From positions 1 to 45,168 of the forward strand of contig CAYGUN010000001.1 of NCBI GenBank assembly GCA_964353025.1: a DNA stretch of 45,168 nucleotides. The letters are read 5' to 3'. The DNA comes from an uncultured Bacteriovoracaceae bacterium (GTDB lineage Bacteria; Bdellovibrionota; Bacteriovoracia; Bacteriovoracales; Bacteriovoracaceae). Every line of letters begins with the position of its first letter. The first letter of the stretch is position 1. This document shows positions 9,789 to 18,138 of the stretch, in pieces. Below the pieces are notes generated by a model, which searched no databases, was not told the origin of the DNA, and worked only from the letters and a program-made list of their open reading frames with translations. A program made the position numbers and the translations under genes.

Positions 9789-10340
9789 TTAAAATTCCTC
9801 AATTTGAGGAGTAAATTCTTTGGCATAAAGAATAAGATCAATGACCTCACGAGCAGCACCCATTCCACCTTCTTTAAATGAAACATAGTCAGCATACTCT
9901 CTTAACTCTATTGGGGCATGGGGTACAGTTGCGCTAAAACCAGCTTTCTTCATCAGAGGGAAATCAAATAGTTCATCTCCCATAAAAAGAATCTCATCAT
10001 CTTGAGCTCCAGAAGCTTGTTTAACTTCATTATAGGCCTCTCGTTTGTCTTCATTGCCCATCTTCATATAATCCAGGCCCAGTAAAGAAAAGCGCTTTAA
10101 AACCCCAACACTATCTCCACCAGTAATAATTCCCACCTTAAGACCTGCTTGCTTAAGAAGCTTTAAGCCAAAACCATCAGAAGCATGAAAAAAACGATTA
10201 AAGCCGACTTCTTCTCCTTGAAAATAAAGCCTACCATCGGTTAAGACTCCATCCACATCAAAAAGGGCCACTTTAATTTTAGAAAGTTTTTCTTTCAATG
10301 GAGGAAGTTGGGTTCTTATATCAAAATCTCTATTATTCAT
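9789..10340 (-). CDS. kdsC: 3-deoxy-D-manno-octulosonate 8-phosphate phosphatase (HAD-IIIA)
   Basis: HAD motif I is FDVDGVLTDG, followed by GIITGG and GDELFDFPLMK. The track start at 10346 is a TTG. The ATG at 10340 overlaps the kdsA stop (ATGAATAA), which suggests translational coupling. Confidence 0.85.
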   Translation of the reverse strand: MNNRDFDIRTQLPPLKEKLSKIKVALFDVDGVLTDGRLYFQGEEVGFNRFFHASDGFGLKLLKQAGLKVGIITGGDSVGVLKRFSLLGLDYMKMGNEDKREAYNEVKQASGAQDDEILFMGDELFDFPLMKKAGFSATVPHAPIELREYADYVSFKEGGMGAAREVIDLILYAKEFTPQIEEF

Positions 10341-11127
10341 TAACAACTCTTTTTATTTCTAATAATTTGGACACTATCTTCTTAACGTCCCCAAGAGGGA
10401 TTTGCGTCGTCGCATCTGATAACGCTTTCTCTGGATTAGGATGGGCCTCCATAAAGATTCCATCTGCACCTGCAGCTACTGCGGCCTTAGCGAGAGTAAA
10501 AATCTGTTCACGTTTACCTCCGGTTGCCTTACCTAGACCCCCTGGTCTTTGAGCGCAATGAGTGGCGTCATGAATGGTTCTCACACCAAAGCTTTTCATA
10601 ATTTGAAAGCTGGCCATATCAACGACTAAATTATTGTAACCAAAGCTTGTTCCTCGTTCAGTTAAGAGAATTTTATTAAGTGGTAAAAAATTTAAGGCCT
10701 TATCCACAATATTTTGAGTTTCCTCAGGAGATAAGAACTGACCTTTTTTGACTTTAAGTTGCCTGCCATATTTCTTACAAGCTTCTGCCCCTGCTAAAAT
10801 CATGTCAGTCTGACGGCAAAGAAAAGCTGGAACTTGTAATGTTCCCACCGCTTGGGCCACAGCTTCAGCTTGCTCGGGATGGTGGAAATCAGTAATAGTT
10901 GGTAAATCAAATTCTTTCGAAACTTTCTCTAATATTCGAAGTCCCTCTTCAAGTCCAGGTCCTCGGTAAGAATCAATAGCACTACGATTGGCCTTATCAA
11001 AACTTCCCTTAAAATGTAGAGTTATATCAGATTTAAATTCTTCTAAGTCTTTCTTAACTCGCTCTGCCACAGTCATAGCAAGCTCTTCACTTTCAAGTAC
11101 ACAGGGCCCTATAAAAAAATCCATCAT
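10333..11127 (-). CDS. kdsA: 2-dehydro-3-deoxyphosphooctonate aldolase (KDO-8-P synthase)
   Basis: 264 aa. The motifs GPCVLES, FKGSFDKANRS, LQVPAFLCRQTD, VKKGQF, LTERG.SFGYNNLVVD and DATH are typical of KdsA. ATGA overlap with pyrG. Confidence 0.92.
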   Translation of the reverse strand: MMDFFIGPCVLESEELAMTVAERVKKDLEEFKSDITLHFKGSFDKANRSAIDSYRGPGLEEGLRILEKVSKEFDLPTITDFHHPEQAEAVAQAVGTLQVPAFLCRQTDMILAGAEACKKYGRQLKVKKGQFLSPEETQNIVDKALNFLPLNKILLTERGTSFGYNNLVVDMASFQIMKSFGVRTIHDATHCAQRPGGLGKATGGKREQIFTLAKAAVAAGADGIFMEAHPNPEKALSDATTQIPLGDVKKIVSKLLEIKRVVNE

Positions 11128-12737
11128 GATTCTCTCACTAAGTCAGAAGCTGCTTCCACAAAAGACTTAAAAAGTGGATGCGGATTAAAAGGACGTGACT
11201 TAAATTCAGGGTGATACTGACAAGCAATAAAATAAGGGTGATCGCTTAATTCGATAACCTCTACTAAATTTAACTTTTCATTTATCCCTGAAAAACTTAG
11301 TCCTTTGTCTTTTAAAATATTAATAAAATCATTATTGACTTCTAAGCGGTGACGATGGCGTTCTGAAATATTCTCATCTCCATAAATTTTATGAGCAAGA
11401 GTTTTTCTTTCAAGTGTACAATCGTAAGCACCAAGCCTCATATTGCCACCTTTAGCACCATCTTTGGTTTGCCCTTCCATGTAGTGGATAACAAATTCAC
11501 CCTTATTAGAAAACTCTTGGGAAGTGGCTTCTTTTATTCCTGCAATATTTCGAGCGTATTCAATAACGGCCATTTGAAGCCCAAGGCAAATTCCAAAGAA
11601 AGGCACTTTATTTTCACGAGCGTATTTGATTGCATCAATCTTACCTTCTGTTCCACGTTCTCCGAAACCGCCTGGAATTAAAATACCATGAACTTTATCT
11701 AATTCTTTGGTTTGCCCTTTTTCGATATCTTCTGAATCAATATAGGTAAGAGCTAGCTTTACTTGGTTTGCAATCGCTCCATGCCTCAACGCCTCATCAA
11801 GTGACTTATAAGACTCTATTAAGTCAGTATATTTTCCAACCACTCCAATATTAACCGTCTTAAGAGGATTATCTTGATTATAAACAACTTTCTCAAGTAC
11901 TTTAATATCAGGCCGAGCACACCAAATACCTAAAATCTCGGTTACTCTTTCATCTAATCCTTGCTTGTGAAATTCTAATGGCACTTTATAAATAGAATCT
12001 AAATCAATTGATTGAAAAACATTTCCTTTGGAAACATTACAGAAAAGAGAGATTTTATCTAACGCTGACTGCTCAATTTCTCTATCAGCACGACATAAAA
12101 TAATCTGCGGAAATAGTCCAAGAGAAGTTAAATCTTTCACCGAGTGTTGAGCTGGTTTTGTTTTTAACTCTCCGGCAGCTGCCAGATAAGGAATAAGGAC
12201 CAAGTGAATAAAACAAACATTCTCGCTGCCCACATCATAGGCAAACTGACGAATTGATTCCATGAAAGGAAGTGATTCAATATCCCCTACCGTTCCACCA
12301 ATTTCAGCAATAAGAAGATCACTATCTTCTGCTGCTACATGAATTCTTCTTTTAATTTCATTTGTAATATGGGGAACAACTTGAACCGTTTTTCCTAAAT
12401 ATTTCCCTTCACGCTCATTATCAATGACCTGCTGATAAACTTGGCCGGTTGTGAAATTATTTTTCTTCGAAAGAGTCAGAGAAGTAAATCTCTCATAATG
12501 CCCTAAATCTAAATCCGTTTCTGCCCCATCATCAGTCACAAAAACTTCCCCATGCTGAGTAGGAGACATGGTGCCCGGATCCACATTTATATAGGGATCC
12601 ATCTTAAGCATGTTGAGTTTAATTCCTCGTCTTTCGAGAAGGGCCGCAAGTGACGCTGCTGCCAGACCTTTTCCTAGTGAGCTTGATACACCACCAGTAA
12701 TAAAAATGTACTTCTTTGTACCTTTAGATCGTTTCAT
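11124..12737 (-). CDS. pyrG: CTP synthase
   Basis: 537 aa. N-terminal motif KYIFITGGVSSSLGKG, and a glutamine amidotransferase domain with GICLGLQ and the HRHR.EVN signature. Confidence 0.97.
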   Translation of the reverse strand: MKRSKGTKKYIFITGGVSSSLGKGLAAASLAALLERRGIKLNMLKMDPYINVDPGTMSPTQHGEVFVTDDGAETDLDLGHYERFTSLTLSKKNNFTTGQVYQQVIDNEREGKYLGKTVQVVPHITNEIKRRIHVAAEDSDLLIAEIGGTVGDIESLPFMESIRQFAYDVGSENVCFIHLVLIPYLAAAGELKTKPAQHSVKDLTSLGLFPQIILCRADREIEQSALDKISLFCNVSKGNVFQSIDLDSIYKVPLEFHKQGLDERVTEILGIWCARPDIKVLEKVVYNQDNPLKTVNIGVVGKYTDLIESYKSLDEALRHGAIANQVKLALTYIDSEDIEKGQTKELDKVHGILIPGGFGERGTEGKIDAIKYARENKVPFFGICLGLQMAVIEYARNIAGIKEATSQEFSNKGEFVIHYMEGQTKDGAKGGNMRLGAYDCTLERKTLAHKIYGDENISERHRHRLEVNNDFINILKDKGLSFSGINEKLNLVEVIELSDHPYFIACQYHPEFKSRPFNPHPLFKSFVEAASDLVRES

Positions 12738-12818
12738 CCTTACCTTCCGCTGCGTATAAAAAAAAATGTGTGTTTTCTTTGACTATACCCTGGCAAATAG
12801 AAGATTAGAAGAAAAAGC

Positions 12819-13523
12819 TTAAGAAAAAAGGGATTGAACTTTATCTAAATCCTCTGGAGTATCAACACCAATCGATTCATAAGTCGTCACCAAGGCCCCG
12901 TAGCGATAACCCTTATCCTGTGCTCTTAACTGTTCTAGTCTTTCTCTTTTTTCATTTTCTGATTGCTCTGAGTCCAAATAGAAATTAAGAACTTCAGGTT
13001 TATAAGAATAGACCCCAATATGTTGAAACCACGTTGGGTTTTCGTCAAAAGACTTTCTGGAAAAAGATTCACAAAATTTTGTTTGAGCATCAAACTTTAC
13101 TTTTACTACGTTTGGATTCTCTTTTTCTGAATCCTCTCTTTTTCTTACCAGCGTTGCGACATCAAAGTTAGAACCTTCATGGAATTTGGCCAAGGCCTTA
13201 ATATCCTCAGGTGGAAGCAAGGGTTCATCACCTTGCACATTTATAATGATATCAAAATCAAGAAAGTTTCTTTTGTAGGCAAGCCCAATTCTTTCTGTTC
13301 CAGAAGGAACATCATCATCAATGCGAATAACATTTGCTCCAAGAGTTTTTAAGTGTTCCTCGATTCTCTTATCATCTGTTACAACAGCACATTCAAATCC
13401 TGTCTGCGCGGCATTCTCATAAACTCTTTGAATCATTGATTTCCCTGCAATCATGGCCAACGGTTTGCCTGGGAAACGGGTTGATGCGTAACGAGCGGGA
13501 ATAAGAATGAGTTTTTTAGTCAT
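12819..13523 (-). CDS. kdsB: 3-deoxy-manno-octulosonate cytidylyltransferase (CMP-KDO synthetase)
   Basis: 234 aa. IPARYASTRFPGKPL and NVQGDEPLL motifs. Head of the kdsB-pyrG-kdsA-kdsC gene string. Confidence 0.9.
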   Translation of the reverse strand: MTKKLILIPARYASTRFPGKPLAMIAGKSMIQRVYENAAQTGFECAVVTDDKRIEEHLKTLGANVIRIDDDVPSGTERIGLAYKRNFLDFDIIINVQGDEPLLPPEDIKALAKFHEGSNFDVATLVRKREDSEKENPNVVKVKFDAQTKFCESFSRKSFDENPTWFQHIGVYSYKPEVLNFYLDSEQSENEKRERLEQLRAQDKGYRYGALVTTYESIGVDTPEDLDKVQSLFS

Positions 13524-13603
13524 TCAATATTCTTTAACGCAATAAGCTTTAAGTCACTACTTAACGCAGCGAAAAAGCGAGGTTTTTATGTTAAAATATT
13601 TCT

Positions 13604-13927
13604 ATGAAGACAGTTTTACTCTTAACTCTCATTTCTTTTTGCGCCCTATCCTCTGATGCTATTTTAGAGGATCCCATGATTAGCATCAGGTGTAAGGATC
13701 TTATTAGAGAAAGAAACTCTAAAGTGACAATCAAGCAGCGTTATAAATCGCTTATTGAAAGAAGTAAGAGATTACTAAAAATAACGCCTGATTACAGAGA
13801 TACAGCGCGCGGCAAACTAGGCTCATCCAAAAAGAAGCTGGAAATGTCCTACAATGAGTCCATTTTAAGAATTAAAGAAATGGAAGAAAATATCGTAAGA
13901 AGTGGTTGCCCCGGCATCAACCTTTAA
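13604..13927 (+). CDS. Hypothetical small secreted protein (107 aa)
   Basis: Signal peptide MKTVLLLTLISFCALSSDA, charged helical body, two Cys residues. No family assignment. Confidence 0.45.
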   Translation: MKTVLLLTLISFCALSSDAILEDPMISIRCKDLIRERNSKVTIKQRYKSLIERSKRLLKITPDYRDTARGKLGSSKKKLEMSYNESILRIKEMEENIVRSGCPGINL

Positions 13928-13974
13928 GAAGTGAATTTCTAGTGGTAAGATTCAAGCACTTTTAAGGAGCTTGT

Positions 13975-15291
13975 ATGATACCTCGCTATGATTGCCCAGA
14001 AATCTCTCATCTTTGGACTGATACTTATAAATTTAAGACTTACCTTAAGGTAGAGCTTGCTCTGCTTCAAACTCTGGAAGAAGAAGGTGTTACCCCTAAA
14101 GGAATCGCTGAGCAAATTAAAGAAGGGGCTGACATTGATGTCGATAGGATCAATGAAATAGAGGCTATTACCCATCACGACCTTATTGCTTTTTGCACTT
14201 CTATTACAGAAAAATTTGACTCCGAAGTTGGTAAATTCTTCCACTACGGAGTCACTTCTTCAGATATTATTGATACCGCTGTTAATCTTCAAATTAAAGA
14301 ATCACTTAAACTCATACTACCAGAATTTGAAGAACTGCTGCGCTCTCTTAAGAAAAAAGCACTTGAGCATAAAGATCTTATCTGCATGGGAAGAAGCCAC
14401 GGAATGTTCGCAGAGCCTCAAAGTTTTGGTCAGAAATTTTTAAATTCTTATGCTGAATTTTCTCGTAGATATGTTGAGTTTAAAGAATTTTATGAGAATG
14501 GTATTACCGGACAATTGTCTGGTGCTGTGGGGAATTATTGTATTCTCACTACAGATATTGAAAGTAAGGCCCTGGCCAAACTTGGACTTAGGGCAGAGCC
14601 CGTTTCAACTCAGGTTATTCCCCGTGATTATATTGCAAAAATGGTCTCTAATAATGCGCTAACAGCTAGTGCGATAGAAAGACTATGTGTTGAAATCCGC
14701 CACTTACATCACTCCGATATTCAAGAAGTTCATGAAGGTTTCTCTAAGGGCCAAAAGGGATCTTCTACTATGCCTCATAAGAAAAACCCCATCTCAGGTG
14801 AGAATCTTTCAGGAATGGCCAGAATGATCCGCTCCCACTTAGATATTGCGCATGAAAATATTCCTTTATGGCACGAAAGAGATATCTCTCACTCTTCAAC
14901 TGAAAGAATGTATCTGCCTGATCATTTAGGGCTTCTCTTTTACTCTATTAGGCGTTTAAGAAAGACCATTGATAATCTCGTGGTTCATAAAGAACATATT
15001 GAAAATAAAGTCACCAATAACTTCACTTACCTTTCAAGCTACTTCCTTCATACCTTATTACGCTCATACAAGGGAACTCGGGAAGAGTTTTATGAAATAG
15101 TTCAAAAAGCAGCTTTCGAATCAAAAAATCCGACTGATTTTTCTGAGAACGTCATACGTTTTTCCAAAGAAAAAGGGATTGATGTGAAAGGTATGCCTAA
15201 GCTAGAACCTAAAGAAATTAAAAAAATCTATTTAAATGAAATCGACAGCGTTTTTGATAGAGTAATGAATACTTACCCTTGCCCTAGTTAA
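13975..15291 (+). CDS. purB: Adenylosuccinate lyase
   Basis: 438 aa. AAGGAG RBS upstream. N-terminus MIPRYDCPEISHLW, fumarate-lyase signature GSSTMPHKKNP, and the HERD.SHS block. Confidence 0.93.
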   Translation: MIPRYDCPEISHLWTDTYKFKTYLKVELALLQTLEEEGVTPKGIAEQIKEGADIDVDRINEIEAITHHDLIAFCTSITEKFDSEVGKFFHYGVTSSDIIDTAVNLQIKESLKLILPEFEELLRSLKKKALEHKDLICMGRSHGMFAEPQSFGQKFLNSYAEFSRRYVEFKEFYENGITGQLSGAVGNYCILTTDIESKALAKLGLRAEPVSTQVIPRDYIAKMVSNNALTASAIERLCVEIRHLHHSDIQEVHEGFSKGQKGSSTMPHKKNPISGENLSGMARMIRSHLDIAHENIPLWHERDISHSSTERMYLPDHLGLLFYSIRRLRKTIDNLVVHKEHIENKVTNNFTYLSSYFLHTLLRSYKGTREEFYEIVQKAAFESKNPTDFSENVIRFSKEKGIDVKGMPKLEPKEIKKIYLNEIDSVFDRVMNTYPCPS

Positions 15292-15294
15292 TAA

Positions 15295-16014
15295 CTACTT
15301 AATATCAGTGATAACGTAGTCTTGGCCCTGGAAAAGTGAGCTTTCTTTTTTAATATAATCTTTAGCAGAAGTCACAGTTTCAAAAATCCCCAGACTTACT
15401 CTATACCAAATCCCTTTACCAGATATTTCAACTTCATTAATAAGGGGGTTATAGCCTCTAATGGTAAAACCATCAGCAAAACTCTTGGCATCCTCTAGAT
15501 TTTGGTAAGATCCCAGTTGAATAGTAAACTTCCCTATCAACGGACTTTCCGCTGGTTTTTGCTCTATCTCTGGCTCTGCAACAACCACTTCTTCTTTTTT
15601 TACGGCCCCTAATACTTCTTCTGGAGACTTTTCAAGCTCTTCAAACTCTTCACTAAGTCGATTTATGGCCTTATCTGTAAGTTGAGCATTCTTTCCACCT
15701 GGAGCTGTTTCAACTTTTTCTTCAATAACATCGTTCTTATTCTGTTCAATGACATCATCTACATATTCTTCTTGCTGTGACTTAAGAATAACCTCTCGCT
15801 CATCACCTTCGGTAATTCCTGCAGTTCTAATGGCATACTTCTTTCCGATACTCACACCAAGAGTGAAGCAAGTCACGGCAAGTACTACCATGAAAAGAAA
15901 AATGACAATAACTTCAATTCTGTCAAATACAAAAACTTTACTTTTGTCTTCCATATAAATAATTTTAATCTGGGCCAAGACTTGTCGCAAGGGCCTGAAT
16001 TTAAATAAATGCAT
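15295..16014 (-). CDS. SPOR-domain membrane protein (peptidoglycan-binding)
   Basis: One TM segment (IEVIVIFLFMVVLAVTCFTLGV), an acidic linker, and a C-terminal SPOR-like domain (FTIQLGSYQNLEDAKSF...GKGIWYRVSLGIF). The true start may be the internal ATG at 15954 (MEDKSK...). Confidence 0.75.
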   Translation of the reverse strand: MHLFKFRPLRQVLAQIKIIYMEDKSKVFVFDRIEVIVIFLFMVVLAVTCFTLGVSIGKKYAIRTAGITEGDEREVILKSQQEEYVDDVIEQNKNDVIEEKVETAPGGKNAQLTDKAINRLSEEFEELEKSPEEVLGAVKKEEVVVAEPEIEQKPAESPLIGKFTIQLGSYQNLEDAKSFADGFTIRGYNPLINEVEISGKGIWYRVSLGIFETVTSAKDYIKKESSLFQGQDYVITDIK

Positions 16015-16122
16015 TTTTCAAAAATGAATTAATTTTATTTCAAAACTCATTAGTTCTGTCCTTCTTTACTCAAGATCAATTATTCATTAAGAGTCTGTCT
16101 AAACCGCATTATAGGAGCTTTT

Positions 16123-16299
16123 ATGCAAAAGAAATTAATAAGCAATCAAAAAGGTCAAGGAATTATGGAATATATTATTCTGGCCACACTCATTGGTATT
16201 TTCTGCCTGGTGACCGTTAGTCAGTTTGGAAAAGTTCTGCAAAAAAGAGTGGAATACATGAAGACAATGATTGTTAAAAACATAAAAATAGATAGTTAG
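16123..16299 (+). CDS. flp: Flp/Fap-family type IVb (Tad) prepilin, 58 aa (not in the supplied ORF track)
   Basis: AGGAG sits 5 nt upstream of the ATG. Translation: MQKKLISNQKGQGIMEYIILATLIGIFCLVTVSQFGKVLQKRVEYMKTMIVKNIKIDS. It contains the Flp processing motif G-x4-E-Y (G QGIM EY) followed by a hydrophobic helix, and it heads a locus with a secretin and a CpaF-like ATPase. Confidence 0.75.
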   Translation: MQKKLISNQKGQGIMEYIILATLIGIFCLVTVSQFGKVLQKRVEYMKTMIVKNIKIDS

Positions 16300-16307
16300 G
16301 CGTAATA

Positions 16308-16589
16308 ATGAGAATTTTGACGGGCCTTTTTGGAACGGCTCTCCTTTTAATGAGCTGTTTTGTATTTTTAAAAATCTATCAATATAGTATTTGTACTTCA
16401 AACTCTCTTACGAAAGTTTCATCAAACTTAAAGTTCTCTCTTTCTCAAAACTCATCCATAAAGAAAAGCCGCATCTGTTATTTCAATGTCTTCAATATCT
16501 CAAATCAAAAAGCTAAAATCATGCTTTCTAAGCAAAATGTTATAAACCTAAGTTTTAATTTAAATGAAAAATTCAATGGTCAAAAATAA
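16308..16589 (+). CDS. Small membrane-anchored protein of the Flp locus (93 aa), function unknown
   Basis: Starts 8 nt after the flp stop. Has a single N-terminal hydrophobic segment (LTGLFGTALLLMSCFVFL). No TadE/TadF motif is recognisable. Confidence 0.4.
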   Translation: MRILTGLFGTALLLMSCFVFLKIYQYSICTSNSLTKVSSNLKFSLSQNSSIKKSRICYFNVFNISNQKAKIMLSKQNVINLSFNLNEKFNGQK

Positions 16590-17148
16590 TAAAGGCAGTC
16601 TTTTCTTTTTTGGCTTCCTTATTTTGTTTTTATTAAGCTTTGCCTGTTTGTCACTGGCCTATTGGCACAAGAAAAAGCTCATTGAAACAAATAAGAATTA
16701 TCACATGTATTTATGCGTGAAGAAATTTGATCACCAAACAAAAAAGCTCATAAAAGAAGTGGAGCACATCAACATATTCTTGGAAACTGGGGAAATCACA
16801 GGCTATCTCTCCTATATTCCAGGCTTTACTGGAGTAAAAGTCGTAACAAAAATTCTTATTAAAATGGCCATCTATTATCAAAATATGTTGCTCATTTCAC
16901 ATATGCAAAAATTTATTAATCAGTTTCGAAAAAAATGTCCAATTCCTATATGCAGTGGAATATTAAGTTCAATCCCCTATGAACATTTTTGGGTGAAATT
17001 TAAACGAAAAAACGAAGGTCCTACAATAAAGAAGCAAAAGAGTTGGAAATGCATTTTCAAAAAAGATACAAATCTCATTATTGGAAAATACTCTTTCAAA
17101 GAAAGAGAAATCCAAAGCTCTTATCAAGCAAAGGAACTGCCATTTTAG
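16564..17148 (+). CDS. Membrane-anchored protein of the Flp locus (194 aa), possibly a minor-pilin/TadG-like component
   Basis: Overlaps the preceding ORF. The N-terminus NNKGSLFFFGFLILFLLSFACLSLAY resembles the Gly plus hydrophobic helix seen in TadE/G-like N-termini. This similarity is weak. Confidence 0.4.
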   Translation: MKNSMVKNNKGSLFFFGFLILFLLSFACLSLAYWHKKKLIETNKNYHMYLCVKKFDHQTKKLIKEVEHINIFLETGEITGYLSYIPGFTGVKVVTKILIKMAIYYQNMLLISHMQKFINQFRKKCPIPICSGILSSIPYEHFWVKFKRKNEGPTIKKQKSWKCIFKKDTNLIIGKYSFKEREIQSSYQAKELPF

Positions 17149-17262
17149 AAGTTTTTTTATGGCTTTTTATTATCAATAGTTTCATTTGTCTTATTTGTTT
17201 CATGCAAATTCATTTCAATAAACAATACAATTTAAGTAGCCAAAAATTTCAAAGGAAGTGGA

Positions 17263-17670
17263 ATGAAATCAAATAATAAAATACTTCCTTTTATTAGAAT
17301 CACAATTCTCATCTTATTTTCTAATTTAATCTTCTACTTTCTTTTTATTCCATCAGCTGACGAAGGAGTATTAATGCCTCGGGAAAATTTCTCAAAAATT
17401 ATGATTAAAGCAAAACTTAAAACACCATTTGTTCCTCAAAAAGAAATTCTCATCCATGACCCTCAATCCAACACATCCGCACAAGGAATATTTATGCTAT
17501 CAATCACAGAAGCACAGCAATCGTTCCAAAGTGATGAAAAAGAGTTTCAAATGATAGTGATTGAAGTTCCTGATAATCTGTTAAGTTTCTTCTTCAAGAA
17601 AAATTATGAATTTGAAGTTTATCCCAAAGAATATTTGTCACAAAGTGGAGTTCAAGATGTTTCGTTTTAG
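17263..17670 (+). CDS. Membrane-anchored protein of the Flp locus (135 aa), function unknown
   Basis: GGAAGTGG lies upstream of the ATG. Single N-terminal TM segment (ILPFIRITILILFSNLIFYFLFI). Confidence 0.45.
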   Translation: MKSNNKILPFIRITILILFSNLIFYFLFIPSADEGVLMPRENFSKIMIKAKLKTPFVPQKEILIHDPQSNTSAQGIFMLSITEAQQSFQSDEKEFQMIVIEVPDNLLSFFFKKNYEFEVYPKEYLSQSGVQDVSF

Positions 17671-17947
17671 TTTAATTATTTTTACTCTATTGCTAGGTTT
17701 ATCTCATGCCCAAGTTATTCAGGTGAGTTACGTAAAGGAGCATGACCTTAAAAACTTGGCCACAGTCTTAGAAGAGAATTACAAAATCCCCAAATCACTT
17801 ATTACCTATAAAAAAACGAACTCATGCAAAGATACAAAGAAAAATGGCATCGCTCATTTCTGTCTAGATGTGAAAGGTGGATTTAGAATTTTATATGTAG
17901 ATCAAAAAAAAATGAGAAGATCGTTTAAGATCTTCTCACAAATATAA
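17657..17947 (+). CDS. Small secreted protein of the Flp locus (about 96 aa)
   Basis: The in-frame ATG at 17657 is preceded by GGAG and yields a signal peptide, MFRFSLIIFTLLLGLSHAQ. The longer track ORF (from 17606) overlaps the previous gene. Confidence 0.4.
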   Translation: MFRFSLIIFTLLLGLSHAQVIQVSYVKEHDLKNLATVLEENYKIPKSLITYKKTNSCKDTKKNGIAHFCLDVKGGFRILYVDQKKMRRSFKIFSQI

Positions 17948-18138
17948 TGGAAAGCTTTATGAATTACTTACTTTCGTGTACCGCAAATTTTGGAGTTGTG
18001 CCTTTATTTTTATTCTCGGCTTTTCTCTTTTTTCCTGCACTTTTTACTTTGTTCTTACGAATAATACGTGTCTTTTTAGTTCTTGAACCCATGTTATTAA
18101 CCTCATCTAGCAAAGATAGACCCATATATTTATCTTTC

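Noticed and set aside
10333-13523. kdsB-pyrG-kdsA-kdsC cluster as something unusual
   Set aside because: Linkage of pyrG with Kdo-pathway genes and overlapping stop/start codons is ordinary operon organisation. Only the duplicated kdsC 3' end is noteworthy, and it is reported separately.
16135-16401. 88-aa minus-strand ORF from the supplied track
   Set aside because: It lies antisense to a much better supported plus-strand Flp pilin gene (RBS, G-x4-EY motif, locus context) and to the start of the next plus-strand ORF. It has no motif or RBS of its own.
17043-17276. 77-aa ORF overlapping the end of the 194-aa Flp-locus ORF
   Set aside because: It overlaps the preceding, longer ORF by more than 100 nt in another frame. 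It has no RBS and no internal start after the overlap. It is probably a chance ORF in AT-rich sequence.
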